From contig JBGSUI010000180.1 in the NCBI GenBank assembly GCA_041736175.1, positions 1 through 36,543 of the forward strand: a stretch of 36,543 nt of DNA. Reading direction: 5' to 3'. How positions within the stretch are numbered: the stretch's first letter is position 1; each line of letters opens with the position of its first letter. Shown piece after piece: positions 8,319 through 17,500 of this stretch. This stretch comes from Oligoflexales bacterium. Its GTDB lineage: Bacteria; Bdellovibrionota_B; Oligoflexia; Oligoflexales; CAIYRB01. The notes beneath the pieces are model-generated. The model was not told the DNA's origin, ran no database searches, and was given only the letters and a program-made list of their open reading frames with translations. The position numbers and the translations under genes were made by a program.

Positions 8319-9542
8319 ATGCTGTCACAACTCTATGATTTTCATATTTCAGCCTTTGCTCGCGTACCCACGAGTGTTAAACGCTATCTTTTTGATCGGA
8401 TTGACTGGTCAGATCGTTCGATTTTGATAACTGGTTTGCGAGGCGTAGGGAAAACCGTTTTATTAAAGCAATGGGCATTGGAGCAGTCACTCAGGCCTAT
8501 TCATGATTATCTTTATCTTACTGCTGACCATTTTCTTATTTCCAAAAATGGCCTTTATTATACTGTTGCTGAATATTTTCGCACGGAGGGTGGAGACACT
8601 GTTATCATAGATGAGCTGCAAAAGTACCGGGGGTGGCAGCAAGAGTGGAAAAACCTTCTAGACGGGTACCCAGGCAAAAGATTTTTCGTAACCGGAAGCA
8701 GCAGTCTGCTCTTAAAGGAAGCAGATACTGATTTAAAACGCCGGAGAGCGCATTATTCCCTTTTGACCTTAAGCTTTCGAGAATTTCTAGAGTTCCGGTG
8801 GCTCATCACTCTTCCTATTGTGTCGGTTGACGATATTATGGGTGAACATATTGACCTTGCCATCAAAACCAAACAGCAGCTTGAAAAAAAAGGGATCACT
8901 ATAGCAAAGGCCTTCAAAGAGTATCTGGAGTTCGGTTGTTACCCGTTTTTTTTGGAGAGCATCGAGTCTTTTAAAGTTAAATTGTTTGAGACCGTGGATG
9001 CTGTGATCGAAAATGACATCCGTGATGCATACGATGTCAAAACCGAGGGGACAGATGTCATAAAAAAATTGTTTGCTATTATTGCGGCTTCAGAACCATT
9101 TACACCAAATATCGAGGCGCTTTCAAGAGAGCTGAGTCTGTCACGTGCCTATGTCGAACGCTATCTTCTTTACTTGTATCGAGCAGATCTCATCCAGCTT
9201 CTATCAACCCATAAAAATAAAAGCATGAAAATTGCAAAAGAGGTCAAGAAAATCACGATTGCCAACACCAATCTTCAGAAGTGTTATGCTGAAAATGTTG
9301 GGATGCTGGAAAGTCTAGGTGCTATTCGTGAATGCTTCTTTGTGAATGCGACCAAGGAGTACTCCCCTCTGGTATCCAGCATCGGTGACTATACGCTGGG
9401 GTCGCAAATCTTCGAAATAGGAGGCAAATCAAAAACCCGGAAACAGGTCAAAGATCACCCTGATGCTTTCATCGTCAAAGATGATATCGAAATTGGTTCT
9501 GGACGGTCAATACCACTTTATTTATTTGGATTTTTGTACTAA
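8319..9542 (+). CDS. AAA_14 family ATP-binding protein (subfamily ending IPLYLFGFLY)
   Basis: GLRGVGKT, IIDELQKY, VTGSS, LSFREFL, RECFF, GDY...FEIGGKSK. ATG 8319 with SD AAGGT preferred over TTG 8295. Confidence 0.9.
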   Translation: MLSQLYDFHISAFARVPTSVKRYLFDRIDWSDRSILITGLRGVGKTVLLKQWALEQSLRPIHDYLYLTADHFLISKNGLYYTVAEYFRTEGGDTVIIDELQKYRGWQQEWKNLLDGYPGKRFFVTGSSSLLLKEADTDLKRRRAHYSLLTLSFREFLEFRWLITLPIVSVDDIMGEHIDLAIKTKQQLEKKGITIAKAFKEYLEFGCYPFFLESIESFKVKLFETVDAVIENDIRDAYDVKTEGTDVIKKLFAIIAASEPFTPNIEALSRELSLSRAYVERYLLYLYRADLIQLLSTHKNKSMKIAKEVKKITIANTNLQKCYAENVGMLESLGAIRECFFVNATKEYSPLVSSIGDYTLGSQIFEIGGKSKTRKQVKDHPDAFIVKDDIEIGSGRSIPLYLFGFLY

Positions 9543-9693
9543 GCATAAAAGGAATATAGGACATTCGATGATTTTTGCGATTTTTTACTACACGAGTGAG
9601 ACCGGATGCCTGAATGACCCTGCAAAAAGCAACGATTTGGTGAAATATGCGAACATTAGAATCGCAACAACACAAACCCCAATCTCGACGAAG

Positions 9694-10869
9694 TTAAGTT
9701 GATTCCCCATCCAACAATTGATTTCCCCAAAGTCTGGCCATGAATGTTGTCCAGTGCAGGCAAAACACCCCATCACGCAGGGCTTCTACGGGATCATGCG
9801 TTACAAGGTAAAACTTTTTGAATACTCCCTCTTCGTTAAGAGCATGAAGGTTCTTCAAGTCGCTTTTATGAATTTTCCGGGTCGATTTTACTTCGATAGC
9901 TACACTGTCGCCGATTAGAAAGTCAACTTCATGCTTATTGACTGACCGCCAATAACGAAGTTTTTCGAGACTCCTTCCGTAGGAAAGGTAGGCCGAAAGC
10001 TCCATGTATATCCAGTGCTCGAAGGCCCGACCATAAAGGTCGGAATGACGTTCAAGGGTCCTTATATCGTTGATCCGATTTACGACGCCAGTATCAAAAA
10101 AGTAAAATTTCGCAGTTGTTATCGCCTTTCTTTTCTTGGATTCATGCCAAGACTCCAGCATTTTACCGATGAGTGTGTCTTCTAAAATCCGGTAGTAATC
10201 GCTCACCGTCGTCGCTGCTATGCCGACATCGCTTGATATAGATGCAAAATTGATCATCTGACCGTTTGTTTGTGCCGCAAGCTTAAGAAACGAGAGAAAT
10301 GATGGTATCTTTCGAACTAGGCCCTCCTGCTTGATCTCCTCATTAATGTATGTTGTGATGTATGCTGCCAGTTCCTCAACAGGATCGTTGCTAAAATAGA
10401 CTTGTGGTAATCCTCCGTACAACAGCATTCGTTCCAGATCAAATTTTTCCTTCAATTCCTCTATTGTCAGCGGGAAAAGGCCGGCGATCCATGCTCGTCC
10501 AGCAAGTAGATTGACTCCCGATGCCTTTAGCTTTCTTGCGCTGCTTCCTGTCAGAAGAAATCGCAGATTTTTCTCCTCGATAAGCCGATGAACTTCATTT
10601 AACAGCTCCGGCACCTTTTGTATCTCGTCTATGACGACGATGCTCTCTGGCGATAACTTTCCTTGGCTCTCGGCAATCTCTTCAAGTTCATGGGGAGCTG
10701 CGGAAAGACGCAGAAGATAGGCAGAATTCAGCAGATTAATCTTGACAGCTGTTAATAATTGTTGAGCAACAAGGGTGCTTTTCCCCGTAGATCGTGGTCC
10801 AAAAAGAAAAAAAGACTTTTTATTCAGTAGCTTATTGAGGTCTATGGTCCTTAGTATCAGTTTTTTCAA
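9694..10869 (-). CDS. AAA_14/DUF4143 family ATP-binding protein, paralog of 7010..8155
   Basis: GPRSTGKST, VIDEIQK, LTGSSARKLK, KFYFFDTGV, YWR...EVDF, AIEVK; TTG start preceded by SD GAGGA. Confidence 0.92.
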   Translation of the reverse strand: MKKLILRTIDLNKLLNKKSFFLFGPRSTGKSTLVAQQLLTAVKINLLNSAYLLRLSAAPHELEEIAESQGKLSPESIVVIDEIQKVPELLNEVHRLIEEKNLRFLLTGSSARKLKASGVNLLAGRAWIAGLFPLTIEELKEKFDLERMLLYGGLPQVYFSNDPVEELAAYITTYINEEIKQEGLVRKIPSFLSFLKLAAQTNGQMINFASISSDVGIAATTVSDYYRILEDTLIGKMLESWHESKKRKAITTAKFYFFDTGVVNRINDIRTLERHSDLYGRAFEHWIYMELSAYLSYGRSLEKLRYWRSVNKHEVDFLIGDSVAIEVKSTRKIHKSDLKNLHALNEEGVFKKFYLVTHDPVEALRDGVFCLHWTTFMARLWGNQLLDGEST

Positions 10870-10875
10870 GCTTTA

Positions 10876-10906
10876 TATCCTCGAATATTGACTATAATCG
10901 AGGATA
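10876..10906. promoter_or_regulatory. 31-bp palindrome between divergent genes (operator/SD)
   Basis: TATCCTCGAATATTG-A-CTATAATCGAGGATA, 13 of 15 arm positions complementary; contains TATAAT and GAGGA on both strands. Confidence 0.6.
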
Positions 10907-10916
10907 GTACACTAGA

Positions 10917-11430
10917 ATGTATAGAAATGGCAATTACGATTTGGATGAGGCTATAGCTGTTGGGGACTTGCACCCCACGCTCGATGCGTCGGGCGGCGCA
11001 CTCATTGAAGTCCCGCACTCCTTCGATTGCGGAAAATATCCCGTTTATGATATAATCCCTGGTGGGATTTTAATACCATTCTTCGGGCCGGTACCAAAGA
11101 GCCCAGAGCCGCCTGTTTGATGTGGTCACGGGTGCAGCTCCCCTTGCCTACGATGATTTTACGGGAAAGTATAACGAGTGGGTTGGTCATCACCTGATCA
11201 GCAAGCTGGTGGTCTGGCAAAAGCAGGCAGATTGGAAGTTTGGGGTTTATGCTGTTTTTGAGCTGGCATATCGTCGGCAGGACGAAACGTTCCTATCTGG
11301 GGCCCTATTTGCTTATTACGATGGTATCGGCCGTGATGGCGGTGAAAAACTGAGAAGCCTAGAATCTGCGACCAAGTATGCGAGCAAGCAAGGGTTTCAT
11401 ATTATTGACGGGGTTAGACTCTATGAATAG
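10917..11430 (+). pseudogene. Probable frameshifted gene (ORFs 10917..11120 and 11122..11430), candidate toxin partner of the downstream HTH
   Basis: The second frame is open from 11074, overlapping the end of the first ORF, and has no clear SD of its own. Its stop overlaps the ATG of the HTH gene (ATGAATAG). Confidence 0.45.
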
Positions 11431-11884
11431 CGAGGAAATTGTGAAAGTAAATCACCAAATAGAAATAGCTGGAAAAGTTTGGACGTTTCCTGAGGTTCGC
11501 TATGTGCGTGATCACACGGGAGCCTTGGGTGTATCGATCAGCGACCTCATTCGTTACCAAGAGGCGGTGGCCATTCATATATGCACATCCGATGGTGAGT
11601 TGACCATCTCAGAGTTTGAGCTGCTTTGCTCTGTTGCAGGAATGAAAACAGCCGATCTGGCCACCGAAATGCGCATGGATAGAACCACCGTTTCCAAGTG
11701 GCGGAATTTGAAGACTGGTGAAGACCCACGGAACAAAACAATAATCTATGTATACAGTATTGTCATCAAAAGTATCATTCTAAAAAATTTGATGTCATCA
11801 ATCGAACGTCGGGATGAAGAAGTGGAAAAGCAGCGTCAATGGATTTTGAAAATGAAAAATTTGCCTCAAATCAAAGTGGCTTGA
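11423..11884 (+). CDS. HTH protein, MqsA/XRE-like antitoxin architecture
   Basis: LTISEFELL...GMKTADLATEMRMDRTTVSKW HTH in the C-terminal half; ATG 11423 is translationally coupled to the upstream ORF. Confidence 0.7.
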   Translation: MNSEEIVKVNHQIEIAGKVWTFPEVRYVRDHTGALGVSISDLIRYQEAVAIHICTSDGELTISEFELLCSVAGMKTADLATEMRMDRTTVSKWRNLKTGEDPRNKTIIYVYSIVIKSIILKNLMSSIERRDEEVEKQRQWILKMKNLPQIKVA

Positions 11885-12158
11885 CGTCGGAAGTAAAATT
11901 TTTACTTCGTCCTGAAAGGATACCCTCTTTGCGAAGTGCAGCGCAGGTTCGCTTCATGGCCCAAACGGGGATATTCCAGCGATGGGCGAGTTCTTTGGGA
12001 GGTCTTAGCCGAAGGTCTTTTGAGCGCTGCAACACAAATGCCGAAAGTCCACGTTCTAGGACGACATCAGCCCAGATTACTATTTCACATGAGAGCCTAT
12101 TGTGACGATTCATATAGCTGCTTCCCAACCTTATCATCAAATGGCATGGAATCTTCAA
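11871..12158 (-). CDS. Small GntR-like winged-helix protein or remnant
   Basis: RLRPPKELAHRWNIPVWAMKRTCAALRKEGIL resembles the GntR HTH pattern (LP..ELA....V.....A...L..EG); start uncertain. Confidence 0.4.
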   Translation of the reverse strand: MKIPCHLMIRLGSSYMNRHNRLSCEIVIWADVVLERGLSAFVLQRSKDLRLRPPKELAHRWNIPVWAMKRTCAALRKEGILSGRSKNFTSDVKPL

Positions 12159-12410
12159 TCAGGGTGAGTCTGAGACTCAAAAGTTATTTTACTCTATAAA
12201 TACAAAATGTTAAAATTATTTTGGAAGCGTTTGCGGGACATCTTTACGCCAACGCCCGTGGTATGATGATAACTTATTGATTATAGTATAGATATTGACC
12301 ATACAGGTTGACCGTTGACGAAAAAAAGGCAAAGCTTAAAACGTCGTGGACATCTTCCAAAATAATCTCAATGCCAATATGGTCGATCGACGGTTTAAAT
12401 CACCAGGGGC

Positions 12411-12518
12411 CTATACCAGTGAGACCGCCCGTCTCAGGGACGTAAAGTAGACCAAAATCTGGGGCTCATGACTGACGAGACCGAGGGAGTTCCACCAAGA
12501 GGCTTCTTCCTTAAAGAG
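12411..12518 (-). repeat. Second copy of the addA 3' end (direct repeat of 14544-14651)
   Basis: 108 nt with 5 mismatches to the last 35 codons plus stop of addA. Confidence 0.95.
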
Positions 12519-12660
12519 GTCCGGAGTCTTAATATAGAAGAGACTATTAGGGTGCAGCATCATTGCAGGATCTTTAATGTGCAGCTTTAAAGTGCAAAGA
12601 AATCTACCATTTTTTAGACGTGTTTAGAAAAACTGAGCGTGAACCGTAGATTTTTACTGT

Positions 12661-12679
12661 TGCATCCTGGCAGGATGCA
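12661..12679. promoter_or_regulatory. Perfect palindrome upstream of the PA14 gene
   Basis: TGCATCCTG-G-CAGGATGCA, about 40 nt before ATG 12721. Confidence 0.45.
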
Positions 12680-12720
12680 CACCCGATGTGTTTATCACCA
12701 AAATCTATAGAGGAGGATTT

Positions 12721-14424
12721 ATGCTCAGCATGTTTAGACAGCAAAAGACCCCACTCTTTGGGCCATCGTTGGCTCCCCATGTTTCTACGATCAGCCTGCT
12801 ATGCCTGACAACCCTTGCATGTGGACGCCAAGACTCTCAGCCCCTTTTAGACCACAGATCACCGGATGGATCTCATGGAATCCAAACTGCCGACCAAACC
12901 GATGCCGGCGTGGTTATCGATCCCCAAACATCAGGGGGATTCGATGATTCGGGCCAGCCACGTTTAGCCCAAAGTCCCACGGACCAAGTCCTCGCGACCT
13001 ACACCTACAGCATCAACCCCACTGCATCTTTGGCGGGGGGCTGGTTTCTTGGTGACTCTCCAGCAGATGGAGTGGTTGACATGGAACAAGTGGTCCCGGT
13101 CGAAGGTGCAGTGGCTGCTCTTAAATATTTAAAGGTTGAAGGTCAATTGAAATTTCCTAAAGTCGATCAGGGCCAAAAATCTTCGATCGGCTGCCTCAGG
13201 TTGAGCCTATTTGATAATGTGTATTTCCGCGAAAATACCTGGCTCCGCCTGGCGTTGGTAGGCAACATTAAAGGCACCCTTTACCAGGAATTATCAGCAC
13301 CGTTATTGATAGACTATGGTTCATGGAGAGAGGTTCCCACGCTCCCCGGCAGCCTAACGTTGATTCAGTTTGCTCAAAACACCATTAAATCCTTTAAAGG
13401 GGAGCTATGCTTTCAACTCGATTTGTCGCAACTACCAGCTGACGTCTATCAGGGTTCTCTAGTGGTCCAATATTTACGCCCCTCCCAGGACTCCTTACCT
13501 AAACCCTGCGACAGGAGCCCTCCCAGCCAGAGCAATGACTCCTGCCTACCCAGTCAAGAGCAGCTTGAAATGGAACCTCCAACTCCAACTCCAACTCCCA
13601 TGCCACCGGCAAAACCAAGTCCGACTCCTATGCTGTCCTGCACCCATGAAGCCTCTGTGCTGAAGGGCGAGCAGTCGATTGAAATCGAATGGATAAAAAA
13701 CCAGCAGTGTCCGACAGGCAACCTAGAGATCGGGATCAAAGACATTGCTGCTGTGGATGACCGCGGCCAAAATTTGGGGCGCATCGAGGTCATCAGTGCG
13801 ACCAAATTTCGATACTATGCTCCAGCACAGGTCACCAGCCAGACCAAAATCTTGATTTCAGCACGCCAACCAAGTGTGGAAATGCTGCCAGCTACATGCG
13901 AAGTCATCCTGCAACCTGCAGAAGAAATCGCCGTGGCCGATGATGGTAAAACCCGCGGGCTAGTCGGCAATCTTTACAAATTACCCCCTCAAACCGCTGC
14001 CCTCCCCGACTTCAAAACCATCAAACCCATAGCCCAGGTGGTCGCAGGCAATCTCGATATTGCGAATCGCCAGTTTACGGCAGGTTTTCCCGGCGTCAAG
14101 GATCTTGTCGAATGGTTTGCCATCCAGTTTAGAGGCGAGTTGATCGTTCCCAAGGAAAAAGAAGGGCTCTGCTACTTTCGCCTGACTGCGGACGACGGAG
14201 CCAACCTCTATATTCGTGGCAACAAAACAATCGACAATGATGGCCTGCATCCCGTCCGTAGCCGTGAGGGTAGCATCTCTCTCAGCCAGGGCGTCCATCC
14301 CATCCAGATTGATTACTACCAGGGGCCTCGGTACTACATTGCTCTACAGCTTTTTTGGAAATGCGCAGGAGAGTCGAGTTTTACGGTCATTCCACCGGAT
14401 GCCTTTGTAAGGCCACTTCAATAA
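12721..14424 (+). CDS. PA14-domain lipoprotein
   Basis: SD GGAGGA before ATG 12721; lipobox TLAC; PT-rich linker; C-terminal PA14 motifs GFPGV, EWFAI.F.G, F.LTADDGANL.I, IDNDGLH and GVHPIQIDYYQGP. Confidence 0.85.
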   Translation: MLSMFRQQKTPLFGPSLAPHVSTISLLCLTTLACGRQDSQPLLDHRSPDGSHGIQTADQTDAGVVIDPQTSGGFDDSGQPRLAQSPTDQVLATYTYSINPTASLAGGWFLGDSPADGVVDMEQVVPVEGAVAALKYLKVEGQLKFPKVDQGQKSSIGCLRLSLFDNVYFRENTWLRLALVGNIKGTLYQELSAPLLIDYGSWREVPTLPGSLTLIQFAQNTIKSFKGELCFQLDLSQLPADVYQGSLVVQYLRPSQDSLPKPCDRSPPSQSNDSCLPSQEQLEMEPPTPTPTPMPPAKPSPTPMLSCTHEASVLKGEQSIEIEWIKNQQCPTGNLEIGIKDIAAVDDRGQNLGRIEVISATKFRYYAPAQVTSQTKILISARQPSVEMLPATCEVILQPAEEIAVADDGKTRGLVGNLYKLPPQTAALPDFKTIKPIAQVVAGNLDIANRQFTAGFPGVKDLVEWFAIQFRGELIVPKEKEGLCYFRLTADDGANLYIRGNKTIDNDGLHPVRSREGSISLSQGVHPIQIDYYQGPRYYIALQLFWKCAGESSFTVIPPDAFVRPLQ

Positions 14425-14465
14425 AATCGCCATCGGCGAGATTAAATGGATGGGGATTTAACTTT
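14423..14465 (+). pseudogene. 3'-terminal remnant of a tyrosine recombinase gene
   Basis: 39/43 identical to 35696-35738; encodes KIAIGEIKWMGI* versus KIAIGEIERIGI*. Confidence 0.8.
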
Positions 14466-14507
14466 ACTTTTTTGGTCTTAGGACCTGTCTGACAGTAAAC
14501 CACCTTA

Positions 14508-14532
14508 GACTCTCCCCGTCCCAGGGAGAGTC
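14508..14532. terminator. Hairpin between convergent PA14 gene and addA
   Basis: GACTCTCCC-7 nt loop-GGGAGAGTC perfect 9-bp stem; no clear U-tract. Confidence 0.4.
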
Positions 14533-14543
14533 CATCTGTTGCC

Positions 14544-17500
14544 CTACACCAGTGAGACCGCCCGTCTCAGGGACGTAAAGTAGACCAAAATCTGGGGCTC
14601 ATGACTGACGAGACCCAGCGAGTTCCACCACGAGGCTTCTTCTTTAAAGAGCGCGGTCATCCCCTGGCGGTAGTCTCGGAGCTGCTCGTCCCAGCCACGC
14701 TCGTGGCAAAAGGCGAGGAGGTCTTGTGTGGGGATCTCACGGTTATAAAATCGAGTGGTCTTATAGTCCACGATCACGGGCTGGCCCTGGGCGTCGATGA
14801 CAAAAAGGTCTAAGACACAGCTAAAGATATTGCGGCCCCTGACAAAGACCAAGGGCCTTTCGCTGGATTTATAAAGGGAGGTCTCAAGGAGTCGGAGCAG
14901 CCACGGGTCCTGCCCTGTGGCCGTTAGATCATGCTGATAGTCCTGGATGGAGTCAAACGAGCGGTATTCTCCGGGAGCCAGGGCCTGCCAATGGAGGTTG
15001 CCGTCAAATCTCCTGCCTTCGATCAGATGCTGAAGCCCCTTGTGGACCCAGGTCCCCGCCGCTTTTGCAAGCCGCGGACATCCCCGCACGTCCATCGTCG
15101 GAGCTTTCTGGGGGGGCTCTCCCCCTGGGGCGAGGCTCGGATCTTGGGACCTAAACAAATCCAACAGATCCTCTTGGGCCGCCTCCTGGTGCCTTGAGGG
15201 GGACTGGATGCGCACACCGCGGGGTAAAAGGGTGTTTGGTGCAGCCGTGGGGTGTATAGCTTGAGGCTGTTGACCCCGTCGCTGCTCCTCTCTCTGGGCC
15301 TTGAGTTCCTGCAGCCTGAGGTCGTCCACCGGCTGATGGGCTGGTCCCACAGTCCGGTGATAGTGTACGGTGGAGGGCTGATCTCCAAACTGGACCTCCC
15401 TCGGGGGGCCTAGGCGCTGGAGGGTGTTTCGTAGGGGCAAGTAAATAAGAGTTTCTTTAAGCCCACGGGTTTGTTTAGGCTGGTGCCCAGTCACCACAAG
15501 ATACTGTTTAGCACGGGTCAGTGCCACATAGAGGAGTCGCCAACACTCGGCAGCCGTCTTGGTGTCGCTGGCCTGGCGAAGGGCTTCAAAGCCCGGATCG
15601 TTGACCGGGTAGTCCGATGAAGCGCCGATATAGCAAAGCCCGTCTTCCTCGGGAGTCGTCTCCCAGTAGGACTCCCGCTGGCCCCAGGGACGGGCTCCAT
15701 CCACCAAAAAGACCAGCGGGTATTCCAGGCCCTTTGATTTGTGGATCGTCATCATGGTCACCGAGTCTCGGGTGACTGAGGCCATGCCTAGGGGGTCGTC
15801 TTTGGCCATCTGATCGAGTTTGGTAAGGACGGAGACAAGGTCCAGCAGGCCCTGGCTTTCGAGCTCGATCACGATCTCAACCAGCTTGAGTAGATTTCCC
15901 CGCGCGAGATCTTGGTCTTCGGGGGAGCGACCATAGGCGCCCCTTGCTCCCAGCTCGTTTAAGCTAAAATCCAAAAGCTCGTGGGGTAGACAGAGGGCTG
16001 CTTTATGTCTGAGGAGCTTTAGCTTTTGGGCAAACTCCGGACAGCCTACATGCACCTGGTCCCAAAGGGATTGGCCCCTTTCCCCCGCCGCCCCTTGGGA
16101 CGACTTCCAGAGCCACTGCAAGACTTTCTGGTCATCAATATTTTGTTTAACGTCCTTGCCCAAGGGGCTCTTGAGGACCGTGGCAAACGCTTCGCGGTTT
16201 TCCCAGCTAAAGCACATCTGCAAAAGAGCGATGGCGTCGAGGATCTCGCGGCGCTTAAAAAAACCTTTTTCTTCAGCCTTATGACTGGAAATCCCCCGTT
16301 CTCGGAGGGCTTGGCCATAGAGGTCGCCGTGGGTGGCCGATCGGTAGAGGAGGACGCAGTCCGATGGCCTGATGGGTCGGTAGACCTTGAGGTCGCTGTC
16401 ATAGATGGGGCAATGAAAGGGGTCTTCGGGGCGGTCGCCCTGGTGATTCAAGATCCTGTGCAGGATGTCGGCCACCAGCTTAGCTTCGGTCTGAAGGGGA
16501 CCGGAGGCTTCGCCCGATTCGGAGGCTTCGCCCGATTCGGAGTTTTCAGTGACCAGGTCGGCAATCAAGATGCCACCGGCCTCTGGTGTGAGAAGCTGGC
16601 CTTCAGCAGAGGTCGCCGCCACGTGGGTTGGAAATCCGTCGATCAGCGGGGTCGTCCCAGGACTCTCCTCGGGACCGTGTCCAAATACTTTGTTTAGGTA
16701 GTCAAGCACCAGCGGTGTCGTGCGGTAGCTGGTTGAGAGGGGAGTCACAACCAAATGATCTTGGAAATCTTGGGCCGCCTCGTCCATCACCCGTGGGTCG
16801 GCTTCGCGAAATCCATAGATCGACTGTTTTTGGTCTCCCACGATAAACAGGCTGGGAGGAGGCCCCTCCCGGACCAACTCTGGAGTGGACAGGATGCTCT
16901 GGGCTAGCTCCCTAAAGATCGCCCATTGGAGGCGGCTGGTGTCTTGAAATTCATCCAGCATCACATGGTGGATCGTCTGGGCAAACAGATACCGCACCCC
17001 GGCGCTGGTATCCCCATAAAACAGGCGAAATCCCCCTTGGGCGAGGTCCGAAAACTCCAGATGACCCCGCTGGAATTTTAAGGTGTCCCGGGCCTGGCGA
17101 AAAAGACCAAAGAGATGATAGAGAGCATCGCCGGATTGATCGAGAAGCTCTAAACGCTGCTGGTTTACCCAGATTTTGACCAACTGGTCTATCGTCGCGA
17201 TTTCGGCCTGGAGCAGGTCACGGTTTGTATTTCGGACCAGACTTCCTGAGACCTTTAAGGTTTTTTGGGCGATGATTCCCGTCGCGAGCAAACCATCAAA
17301 GTCCTGGTCTCGGACAGCTTTCAGGACTCGGTCCTTTAGGTCTGGGCGAGACAGTTTATGGGCAACCCTCTCAAGGGGCGCCGCCAGGCCGCGCCACAGG
17401 GTTACATGGTCGATCCTAAGGGACGGGGCGGCCAAGGATCTCAGGGCTGACCCTTGGATCTGCTCCAGATACCAGATCAGCGAGCTTTGGTCGGCGAGGG

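Larger units (their letters stand above)
12411..14651. mobile_element. Degenerate integrated cassette bounded by duplicated addA 3' ends, carrying a PA14 lipoprotein and a recombinase tail
   Basis: 108-bp direct repeats 2133 nt apart; recombinase 3' remnant at 14423-14465; no intact recombinase inside. Confidence 0.6.

Noticed and set aside
8298..8325. dif/Xer-like site (GTTGCCGATAA-GGTTAT-...), also considered at 12189-12216 and 36112-36130
   Set aside because: Only one arm resembles dif; no TTATGTTAAAT-like partner at 6-nt spacing.
9463..9776. Short ORFs between the convergent ATPase genes
   Set aside because: Overlap neighbours, lack SD and motifs.
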